A stretch of 12,079 nt of DNA from Candidatus Bathyarchaeia archaeon. GTDB lineage: Archaea > Thermoproteota > Bathyarchaeia > Bathyarchaeales > Bathycorpusculaceae. Position numbers and translations under genes: made by a program. This document shows positions 1-6,870 of this stretch, one piece after another. Numbering within the stretch: position 1 is the first letter of the stretch; each line of letters opens with the position of its first letter. The stretch lies in assembly GCA_049969855.1 (NCBI GenBank), contig JBMFOB010000027.1, positions 1 to 12,079 on the forward strand, written 5' to 3'. The notes beneath the pieces were generated by a model, which was not told the origin of the DNA, made no database searches, and worked only from the letters and a program-made list of their open reading frames with translations.

Positions 1-1
1 G

Positions 2-406
2 TACGCTTCAGCTGAAGAGATAGCTGAAACCCTTGAAAAAGAAATTTCAGAAACAAAAAGCACATTAGGCGAATACCTGCGCCGATTAGATGATATTAGG
101 GCTTTGGCTGAAAAATCCAAAAAAATCCGAGAAGTAGTCATGAAATTGGCTGGCAAGAAAGCAGCAACCGAAAGCCTAGGCGAAATCACTATTGGCAACT
201 TAAACATAGTTTTGGATGCCAACCCATTCCACGAACTAACAGCCATAGAAGAAGTCGTGCGTAGTCATCAGGAAAGGCTTCTGGTTCTGCAAAAAGCCCG
301 AGAAGCCCTAAAATGGCTTGACCAACTCGGCGACACAGAAGGCCTAAAATATCTCGTTGTGGAAAACGACGGCGTTCCTGAGCGTATACTCTTCAAACTA
401 ACCTAA
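2..406 (+). CDS. 5'-truncated hypothetical coiled-coil protein (helix - beta-hairpin - helix - beta-hairpin; prefoldin-like topology)
   Basis: The frame of the 104..406 ORF is open back to position 2 (YASAEEIAETLEKEISETKSTLGEYLRRLDDIRAL...), so the true start lies outside the window. Heptad-like helices flank EITIGNLNIVLD; the C-terminus is KYLVVENDGVPERILFK; stop TAA at 404-406. Confidence 0.75.
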   Translation, partial: YASAEEIAETLEKEISETKSTLGEYLRRLDDIRALAEKSKKIREVVMKLAGKKAATESLGEITIGNLNIVLDANPFHELTAIEEVVRSHQERLLVLQKAREALKWLDQLGDTEGLKYLVVENDGVPERILFKLT

Positions 407-419
407 AAACAACAAGGAA

Positions 420-1232
420 GTGAAAAATTTGGATAATGAAGTCTACAGCTTTGCCCTAAAAAACACCCTAAACGAGATTCGAAACGTCTGCCCAGACATA
501 ACTCACACTTTCATGTTTACAGAAGACGGCGAAATATTAGCCGCAGACGAGAATACTCCTGAAAAAACCATAACTCAAGTTATAGATGCCTTTGACGGCA
601 TATTAGAGAAGGCAGACAAAATAGGCGGTGTTGAAGGCATAACCATAGAGGGCAGTAACGGCAGAGTAAACGTATCCTGCATAAAAGACACTTACTTCGC
701 CACAGTCACCTCAAAAAAGGCGGACATAAACTATGTAAACACCGTAACCCGAGTCCTAATTCCAACAGTCCTCAAATTACTAGAGAAAATCTGCCCTACC
801 CCCCTCAAAAACCCACCACCTCCACCAAAAATAGAACCCGAAATCCCCATGGTTGAGGAACCTCAACAACCAGCAGAAGAAGAGGAAGAACCCCAAAAAA
901 CTGAAAAGACTCCAATCGAACCTGAACCCCTTCCTTCGGAACCTCCAGTAAACCAGCTTATAGTTGAAAACCTCGGAGGCTTACTCGTCCCATCAGACAC
1001 TGTACGCATCGACAACGAAATACTCTCACAATGGGAAAAACTTTACGAAGACAAGAAAATTGAGGAAGTTGAAATAGAAACTTTTGATGGAAAAACAACA
1101 AAGTGCAAAGTCAAACCAATCAAAGATTCGAAATATGAAGGAAAAGGCGTCATCCAAATGCCCGAAAAAGTGCAACTAGCCCTAGAAATAAAAAAGGGCG
1201 AACTTGTGAGAGCTAAACCAATCATTCAATAA
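420..1232 (+). CDS. Roadblock/LC7-like domain + Pro/Glu-rich linker + C-terminal double-psi beta-barrel (CDC48/VAT-N-like) fusion protein
   Basis: aa ~8-123 follow the Roadblock pattern (LNEIRNVCPDITHTFMFTEDGEILAA...helix...ITIEGSNGRVNV...YFATVT). aa 126-176 are P/E-rich with PPPPP. aa 178-270 (LIVEN..TVRID..EVEIE..KTTKCKV..EGKGVIQMPEKVQLALEIKKGELVRAKP) resemble the CDC48_N barrel motif GKGxIxM..xGDxVxV. The start may be TTG 429, given the SD-like GGAAGTGA just upstream. Confidence 0.7.
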   Translation: MKNLDNEVYSFALKNTLNEIRNVCPDITHTFMFTEDGEILAADENTPEKTITQVIDAFDGILEKADKIGGVEGITIEGSNGRVNVSCIKDTYFATVTSKKADINYVNTVTRVLIPTVLKLLEKICPTPLKNPPPPPKIEPEIPMVEEPQQPAEEEEEPQKTEKTPIEPEPLPSEPPVNQLIVENLGGLLVPSDTVRIDNEILSQWEKLYEDKKIEEVEIETFDGKTTKCKVKPIKDSKYEGKGVIQMPEKVQLALEIKKGELVRAKPIIQ

Positions 1233-1247
1233 TGGAGGATATGCATA

Positions 1248-1643
1248 ATGGTTAAAAAGAAAAAAAGTCTTCCCGAAGTCACCGCAGTAACCGAACCCGT
1301 AGCAGTTGAAGAAACAGTTCCCGAAAAAGACGTTAGAGCAAGCCTCGAGGAAATCAAAACATACGATGGAGTCATAGGCTACATTCTTAGAAACTCCACT
1401 TCAGCAGCAATAGACCTAAAAGACCCAACAAAAATAATTGACTACGCCATCCTTTCATCCTCAGCCCTCGAAGCAAGCGAAAAACTCTGCGAACTCTTCG
1501 ATTTAGGCGAAGCCAAAAACATAAACGTTGAAGGCAAAGACATCAAAATACTCTCCTTAGTTATTGGTGAAAACAGAATAAGCGTTTTCATGGAAAAGAA
1601 CGCTGACTGCGAAAAAATTTTAACAAAACTCCATTCTTCTTAA
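1248..1643 (+). CDS. Roadblock/LC7 (MglB/LAMTOR-like) domain protein
   Basis: SLEEIKTYDGVIGYILRN...YAILSSSALEASEKLCELFDLGEAKNINVEGKDIKILSLVIGENRISVFM is a typical Roadblock alpha-beta-beta-alpha-beta-beta-beta pattern. SD GGAGG at 1234-1238. Confidence 0.8.
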   Translation: MVKKKKSLPEVTAVTEPVAVEETVPEKDVRASLEEIKTYDGVIGYILRNSTSAAIDLKDPTKIIDYAILSSSALEASEKLCELFDLGEAKNINVEGKDIKILSLVIGENRISVFMEKNADCEKILTKLHSS

Positions 1644-1687
1644 AAAACCAACCAAAACATCTTCCATTTTTATCCTTCCCAACATTT

Positions 1688-1703
1688 TTCAGAACGTTTA
1701 AAT
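1688..1703 (+). promoter_or_regulatory. Putative BRE/TATA promoter for the 1768 HTH gene
   Basis: TTCAGAACGTTTAAAT: a purine-rich element followed by TTTAAA in the intergenic region. Confidence 0.35.
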
Positions 1704-1767
1704 TCACGTTTCACCTTTCATATTTTTGGGAGAAGGGAGTCTTTAACCTTAAGCCGAGCTGATAACC

Positions 1768-2055
1768 TTGCTCGTTCAAAATAAAAAACGAGGCAGCAAT
1801 AGTCATCGATGTCAACTAGACGTTATCGCAGATATTTTAGAAGCATCCCATGAAAGAACCAGAAAAACATACCTAATGTACAGATGTAACATGAGCTTCA
1901 AACAACTAAAATATTACTTAGAAATTCTCCTCAGCAGAGGACTTCTTCACATAGCCTCTGAAGACGCTAATAGCAATCCAGGCTTTTTCAAAATCACCGA
2001 CAAGGGCAAGGCTTTCTTGAAGGCTTATAAAGATTTGAAGGCTCTTCTGAAGTAG
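1768..2055 (+). CDS. Archaeal winged helix-turn-helix transcriptional regulator (HTH_45 / COG3432-like)
   Basis: R-x-x-LDVIADILE...KTYLMYRCNMSFKQLKYYLEILLSRGLL...FKITDKGKAFL matches the family signature (KTxIMYxxNLs; YxxTxKG). TTG start. Confidence 0.85.
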   Translation: MLVQNKKRGSNSHRCQLDVIADILEASHERTRKTYLMYRCNMSFKQLKYYLEILLSRGLLHIASEDANSNPGFFKITDKGKAFLKAYKDLKALLK

Positions 2056-2278
2056 CGGTTTTTGTTAAAAATTGACGAATGGTTTCATCGAGTTTTACTC
2101 TTATCTCTGCTTTGTCCATTGTTATAAAGTTGTACTCACCTAAAAATGCGATTATTTGCCGAATTTGGGCTTCATTTAGCTTCATTTTTTCTCTCATTTC
2201 TTCTATTGTATGCCATTGTCCATCTTTGAGATATTCCAAGGCTTTCGCAATTTTAGATGCCGTTGGTATGTCCTCCAT
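1994..2278 (-). CDS. Small winged-HTH protein (paralog of 2696..3079)
   Basis: LEYLKDGQWHTIEEMREKMKLNEAQIRQIIAFLGEYNFI is a wHTH pattern. ATG 2278 is preferred over the ORF-track start 2302 because TTTAAA (2307-2312) lies ~29 nt upstream. The 3' end overlaps the 1768 gene by 62 nt. Confidence 0.7.
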   Translation of the reverse strand: MEDIPTASKIAKALEYLKDGQWHTIEEMREKMKLNEAQIRQIIAFLGEYNFITMDKAEIRVKLDETIRQFLTKTATSEEPSNLYKPSRKPCPCR

Positions 2279-2316
2279 TGGATATTTTAGTTTGGTATGC
2301 AAAGGGTTTAAATGTC

Positions 2317-2354
2317 TTCTGAGGTTATCTTTCAGAAAAATTTTCTAGAAAATT
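2317..2354. promoter_or_regulatory. Candidate operator(s) in the divergent promoter region between the two inner wHTH genes
   Basis: Inverted repeat TTCTGA-N9-TCAGAA (2317-2337), immediately followed by the perfect 16-bp palindrome AATTTTCTAGAAAATT (2339-2354). Confidence 0.4.
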
Positions 2355-2433
2355 GTATGTAGTTAGCTTTATTAGCGGTTTACTTGTTATTATTAATTAT
2401 TTGTTGTCGGATTCCTATTCAGAGTTGAGATTA

Positions 2434-2703
2434 ATGGAGGGGGCAAGGCATAGACGAAGTCGCACAGAAGTTATTGCTAGCATTCTCGATGAAGCCTTAA
2501 GCGGCGCCAACAAAACAAGGCTTATGTATCGTTGTAATTTGAATTTTACGCGGTTCAACTCTTATCTTAAAGAGTTGTTGGATGCAGATTTAATAGAATG
2601 CATCAATATGAATCCTGAAGGTATAGTATTATACAAAACCACTGAAAAAGGACGTGAACTGCTTAAGGTTTTACGGAAAGCTAACGAGTTTTTGTCTATT
2701 TAA
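2434..2703 (+). CDS. Archaeal winged helix-turn-helix transcriptional regulator (HTH_45 / COG3432-like), paralog of 1768..2055
   Basis: RRSRTEVIASILDEALSGANKTRLMYRCNLNFTRFNSYLKELLDADLIE...YKTTEKGRELL. ATG 2434 is in frame with the ORF-track start 2353 and gives the same length class as the paralog. Confidence 0.85.
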   Translation: MEGARHRRSRTEVIASILDEALSGANKTRLMYRCNLNFTRFNSYLKELLDADLIECINMNPEGIVLYKTTEKGRELLKVLRKANEFLSI

Positions 2704-3079
2704 TTTTGTTTATGGCTATTTCGCTCAGTTTTTTGTCTATGCGAACCTCTAATTCGAGGCTGTTGTCTGTTAAATTTGATATTCGGGTGCACTGGATTAC
2801 CAAAGTTTTTTGTGGCGGTATTATTATTGTGCCAATAGCTGTTGTTTCTCGCTGCGGCTGATTTTGTTCTTTCTGGTTTATTATAAGAGTTTTCCAGTTC
2901 TGATTAAGTCTTATCTGATTTGTTGCTGAGTTGTATTGTATCATGTCAGCTTCTGTCAAAAACTTTATTATCTGCTGGAACTTTTCCTGTGGAATTTCCA
3001 GCGTTTTTGTTATTTCCTCCATATTATGCCATACATTGTCGCTCAACAAGCTTAACAGTTTTTCAAGTTTTGTTGACAA
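2696..3079 (-). CDS. Winged-HTH protein with an extra C-terminal beta-rich domain
   Basis: LLSLLSDNVWHNMEEITKTLEIPQEKFQQIIKFLTEADMI aligns by eye with the 1994..2278 protein. The C-terminal AIGTIIIPPQKTLVIQCTRISNLTDNSLELEVRID looks beta-stranded. TTG start; 8-nt 3' overlap with the 2434 gene. Confidence 0.75.
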   Translation of the reverse strand: MSTKLEKLLSLLSDNVWHNMEEITKTLEIPQEKFQQIIKFLTEADMIQYNSATNQIRLNQNWKTLIINQKEQNQPQRETTAIGTIIIPPQKTLVIQCTRISNLTDNSLELEVRIDKKLSEIAINKIK

Positions 3080-3265
3080 GTTTATGCCCCTAAGCGACTG
3101 AAGGTGATTATTTAGTTAGTCGCTGCTTAAATAGTATTGAGGACTTTTAGGCCAGACTAAAGGTCTATTTTCGGATATATCCATTTACTTAGATGTTACA
3201 GCAATTTTGAGTAAAGTCTTTTTATCAAATCCGTAAACATATATGATGGATTCGGAGAGCCAAAA

Positions 3266-4099
3266 ATGAGGAAACAAATCAACTGGCAGCAAATTCTTAT
3301 TCAATGCAAAAACAACATACAAAAACAAATTGCTCCACTATTAAAAACATTAAACCAACCACAGCCAAACCTTGGCATTGGAGCAGGTGGAGACCCTATT
3401 AAACAAATAGACCTTGCAGCAGAAAGTGCCATAGTAAAAACGTTGAAAGAGCATAACCTTTCCTTCACACTCATAAGCGAAGAGTCAGGCGTAAAAGAGT
3501 ATGGTGAAACTCCTCGCGAAAATTTTGTGACCACAGACCCTATAGACGGCACAACAAATCTTATGAGAGGCATACCCTTCTACGCAACATCCATTGCCAT
3601 CTCCACAAAACCCATCTTAAACGCAATCCACACAGCTTTAGTAGCTGACCTACCGCATGACATAACATACATTGCACAGAAAGGCGATGGCGCCTACCGC
3701 AACTATCACAAAATAGCTCCATCAAAAAACACTTCGCTGGAAGAAGCAGTTATAGGCATAGACCTAAACACCTACAGAGTCAAAGAAATAGCCCCTAAAC
3801 TATCAGGCATAATACAAAAAACAAAGCACATACGCCATTTCGGAGCTAACGCTTTAGAATTATGCTACGTGGCTGACGGAACAACAGATGCTTTTCTAGA
3901 CATACGTGGGAAACTCCGCGCCACTGATATGGCAGCTGCATGGCTAATAATCCAGGAAGTAGGCGCAAAAATAACAACTCCAGAAGGAAAGCCATTAAAT
4001 GTAAAGCTTGATCCGAAACAAAAAGTAACATTCATAGCGGCTGCAAACCAAAAAATCCACAAGATAATATTAGACTTGCTGAGGAGAGAAAAAGAATAA
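3266..4099 (+). CDS. suhB: Inositol monophosphatase / fructose-1,6-bisphosphatase (FIG superfamily, archaeal bifunctional type)
   Basis: Motifs GAGGD, SEESG, DPIDGTTN, GANALELCYVADG, RATDMAAA. Confidence 0.9.
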   Translation: MRKQINWQQILIQCKNNIQKQIAPLLKTLNQPQPNLGIGAGGDPIKQIDLAAESAIVKTLKEHNLSFTLISEESGVKEYGETPRENFVTTDPIDGTTNLMRGIPFYATSIAISTKPILNAIHTALVADLPHDITYIAQKGDGAYRNYHKIAPSKNTSLEEAVIGIDLNTYRVKEIAPKLSGIIQKTKHIRHFGANALELCYVADGTTDAFLDIRGKLRATDMAAAWLIIQEVGAKITTPEGKPLNVKLDPKQKVTFIAAANQKIHKIILDLLRREKE

Positions 4100-4100
4100 C

Positions 4101-4943
4101 TTGTTAAAACTAATCCCAAACCATCCAGCCATGCTGATTAAAGAGGGACAGCGCAAAACCCTAGTAATAGTTGACTTGCACATCGGATGGGAAATGGCTC
4201 TCTCAGAAAAGGGCATACACGTTCCAATGCAAACGCCAAGGCTCCTAAAAAAGCTGACAGACATCATATCCGCATATAAGCCTGAAAGGCTATTGATTTT
4301 AGGCGACGTAAAGCATACTGTGGCAACGGCAGAGATGGGCGAATGGCAAGACATACCAGACTTCTTCAATGAACTAAAGAAGCAAATAGAAGAAATATAT
4401 GTAATCCGAGGCAACCATGACGGAAACCTTGAGCCTTTACTTCCAGAAAACATAAAAATTATTTCGGCAACAGGCATAACATTAGGCGATGTTGGCTTTT
4501 TCCATGGTCATCGATGGCCGTCGCCTACGCTTTTAAAATGTAAAACATTAGTGATGGGTCACGTTCACCCAGTTGTAGCCTTTCAAGATCCGGCTGGGTT
4601 TAGAATAACAAAGCAAGTTTGGGTGAAAGCAAACTGTAACGGAACTCAGCTAACTAAAATTCTATTACAGAGGCATAAAGTGAAAATTGAGAAGAATCCC
4701 GAAGAAACATTATTGAAACACTATAAGATTAAGCCGAAAACCTCCCAACTCTTCATAATGCCCTCTTTCAACGAGTTCTTAGGAGGAAAACCGCTAAACA
4801 AGGGAAAAGCTGATAAAGAAAGGATTGTCGGTCCAGTCCTTCGTTCAGAAGCAGTGGACATGGAAAATGCTGAAACATACCTTTTAGACGGAACCTACCT
4901 TGGAACTCTAAGTCAACTTAAAACCTTAAGTAGCCAATATTAG
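4101..4943 (+). CDS. Calcineurin-like metallophosphoesterase (ICC-like, COG1407-type)
   Basis: Five metal motifs DLHIG, GDVKH, GNHDG, HGH, GHVHP, plus MPSFN and YLLDGTYLG. Starts 1 nt after the suhB stop, so probably co-transcribed. Confidence 0.9.
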   Translation: MLKLIPNHPAMLIKEGQRKTLVIVDLHIGWEMALSEKGIHVPMQTPRLLKKLTDIISAYKPERLLILGDVKHTVATAEMGEWQDIPDFFNELKKQIEEIYVIRGNHDGNLEPLLPENIKIISATGITLGDVGFFHGHRWPSPTLLKCKTLVMGHVHPVVAFQDPAGFRITKQVWVKANCNGTQLTKILLQRHKVKIEKNPEETLLKHYKIKPKTSQLFIMPSFNEFLGGKPLNKGKADKERIVGPVLRSEAVDMENAETYLLDGTYLGTLSQLKTLSSQY

Positions 4944-4991
4944 CATAAAATTTATAGACATGGCACTCTCAACACTATTTGAGGTGAAAAA

Positions 4992-5591
4992 ATGCCGTCA
5001 GACGAAGACGAGTTTCCGGAGTGGTTTAGAAGGAGACGCTACCCATTCTCTAAAGGCTGGTTCTTTGAGGATATGGACAAAATGTTCCGAGAAATCGAGA
5101 AAATGATGGAAGAGGAATTCAAAACCTTCACATCAAGAGTCCCAAAAGACTATGTTAGGGAAAGAAAACTCCCAGACGGCACAACCGTCCGCGAATGGGG
5201 ACCATTCGTATACGGTTATAGCGTAAAAATAGGTCCAGACGGAAAACCTGAAATTCACGAGTTTGGAAACGTCAAACCAAGCCGTTTAGGACCCCAAGTT
5301 AAGGAAGAACGTGAACCTCTCGTAGACGTCATCGAAACAGACGGCGAAATCCACATCGTTGTAGAACTGCCAGGGGTCGAGAAAAACGACATAAAACTTC
5401 ACGGAACAGAAGACTCTTTAACAATATCTGTCGACACTCCACAACGCAAATACTATAAAGAGGTCATGTTGCCAGCAAAAGTAAAAGTGAAAGAAGCCAA
5501 GACGCAGTATAAAAATGGAGTTTTAGAAATTACACTACCAAAAATCAAAGAAGAAAAGAAACCGAAAGGCGAACCAATAAGCATAGACTAA
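4992..5591 (+). CDS. hsp20: Archaeal small heat shock protein Hsp20 (alpha-crystallin domain)
   Basis: GPFVYGYSVKIGPDGKPEIHEFGN, REPLVDV, VELPGVEK, YKNGVLEI. SD GAGGTGA at 4981-4987; TATA-like TTTATA near 4950-4955. Confidence 0.95.
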   Translation: MPSDEDEFPEWFRRRRYPFSKGWFFEDMDKMFREIEKMMEEEFKTFTSRVPKDYVRERKLPDGTTVREWGPFVYGYSVKIGPDGKPEIHEFGNVKPSRLGPQVKEEREPLVDVIETDGEIHIVVELPGVEKNDIKLHGTEDSLTISVDTPQRKYYKEVMLPAKVKVKEAKTQYKNGVLEITLPKIKEEKKPKGEPISID

Positions 5592-5631
5592 ACACAATCC
5601 CACTTCATTTTCTATAACAGCTTGTGCGTAT

Positions 5632-6042
5632 ATGGATGAAACCTCAGAAATTGACGTAATAAATTCCATATGCCGAGAAGCGAAAAAAGATGGCAAACTA
5701 ACAGGAAAAAACCTAACCAAACTTTACGAAATTTTCGGTCAAAGATTTACAAGAGCCTTCGAGGCTTTAAAAGAAGGACGCGTAAAAAAATACACTTTCA
5801 AACCGAGCGGCAGAACTGTTTGGATAGTTGTTGGAAAAGAACGGGATTACCTCATAATGCCTGAAGCGGAATTTTGTTCATGTGATGACTTCTACTTTCG
5901 CGTCTTAGACAAAGAAATACACTTATGCTACCATCTCATCGCCCAAAAATTAGCCAACATTTTAGGATGGTACGAAAGTGTAGAAGAGCATGATGAACTT
6001 TACGATTCCCTTATGAATGAGTGGAAAAAACCAACACATTAA
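5632..6042 (+). CDS. SWIM-type zinc finger protein (archaeal conserved)
   Basis: WIVVGKERDYLI...FCSCDDFYFR...LCYHLIA gives CxC-x(n)-CxH. Confidence 0.85.
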   Translation: MDETSEIDVINSICREAKKDGKLTGKNLTKLYEIFGQRFTRAFEALKEGRVKKYTFKPSGRTVWIVVGKERDYLIMPEAEFCSCDDFYFRVLDKEIHLCYHLIAQKLANILGWYESVEEHDELYDSLMNEWKKPTH

Positions 6043-6085
6043 AATATTTAGACTCTAAATAGAAAAGGTAAAAGGAGAATGTTTC

Positions 6086-6202
6086 ATGGAAATCGGGGCA
6101 TACTTCGAAGTGCTCAAATACATCCTCATGACCGCAACCTTCATCGCATTAGTACTAATATTTCTATACGTCTTCTATGGCAAAGAGGAAAAGGCAAGCT
6201 GA
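6086..6202 (+). CDS. Small single-pass membrane protein, 38 aa (not in ORF track)
   Basis: MEIGAYFEVLKYILMTATFIALVLIFLYVFYGKEEKAS*. AGGAG at 6073-6077 upstream of ATG 6086; hydrophobic core and charged tail; fills an otherwise empty gap. Confidence 0.6.
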   Translation: MEIGAYFEVLKYILMTATFIALVLIFLYVFYGKEEKAS

Positions 6203-6210
6203 AGGAAGCT

Positions 6211-6510
6211 TTAGTCTTTTGCCTTTTTAATTTCGCGGCGCATTACTAGGAGCATTGCTATGCCTAAAACTGCAAGAATTATGGCAAACAGAACAATCCA
6301 TTTTGATTCTGGACCTACACCGAAAACTATGGGAATGAACCATATGAATATGGCGCCTCCAAAATTTGCTGAACCTTCACCGTAAACTAGTGCAGCAATA
6401 ATTAAAATTACTATGCCTAAAAGGATTATGAAAAATCCTATGATACATAACATTAAAAATTTTTGTTGTCCACTGCTTTGATTTTCTGCAACCTTTTCAT
6501 TCTCAACCAT
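6211..6510 (-). CDS. DUF131 / TIGR00304-family membrane protein
   Basis: TM helix - FGGAIFIWFIPIVFG - TM helix (family motif GGxxxIGPxPIxFG). SD-like GAGGTG upstream, overlapping the previous gene's stop. Confidence 0.8.
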   Translation of the reverse strand: MVENEKVAENQSSGQQKFLMLCIIGFFIILLGIVILIIAALVYGEGSANFGGAIFIWFIPIVFGVGPESKWIVLFAIILAVLGIAMLLVMRREIKKAKD

Positions 6511-6519
6511 CCTAACACC

Positions 6520-6783
6520 TCACCTGGACACTAAATAGAAAATAACCATCGCCAATATGAGTAATGCTGTTAAAATTATTGAGAGAATTAAAACCATTCT
6601 AACTGATTCTTTATCTGTTCCAAAAATTATTGGAAAAGGTCCAATGATAAGTGCTCCGCCTCCCTTGAACTTTCCTGACCCTTTTACACTTGAATAGAAA
6701 AGCAGAACAAAAGCCAATAAAACAATGAATATTCCTATGAAAACCATGGCTATGCCTAAACCGTAAAATGTTTGCGCATCCAT
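6520..6783 (-). CDS. DUF131 / TIGR00304-family membrane protein
   Basis: TM helix - GGGALIIGPFPIIFGTD - TM helix. ATG 6783 (MDAQ) preferred; ORF-track start is 6792. Confidence 0.85.
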   Translation of the reverse strand: MDAQTFYGLGIAMVFIGIFIVLLAFVLLFYSSVKGSGKFKGGGALIIGPFPIIFGTDKESVRMVLILSIILTALLILAMVIFYLVSR

Positions 6784-6870
6784 ATTGTACACTATTTAAA
6801 ACTTGATAGGAGCATTTAATAAACTTTATAACAACCAATTTTTTATCGTTCAACGGTATTGTGGCTGAAA

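Noticed and set aside
2079-2348. 89-aa plus-strand ORF
   Set aside because: Antisense shadow of wHTH gene B, which is supported by its paralogy to D.
2353-2433. Hydrophobic N-terminal extension on regulator C suggesting a membrane-anchored transcription factor
   Set aside because: It comes from a TTG in T-rich promoter DNA; ATG 2434 gives a protein collinear with paralog A.
1768-3079. Toxin-antitoxin pairs or a provirus immunity region
   Set aside because: All four proteins look like wHTH with no toxin motif, the pairs are convergent rather than co-transcribed, and there are no viral or integrase genes nearby.
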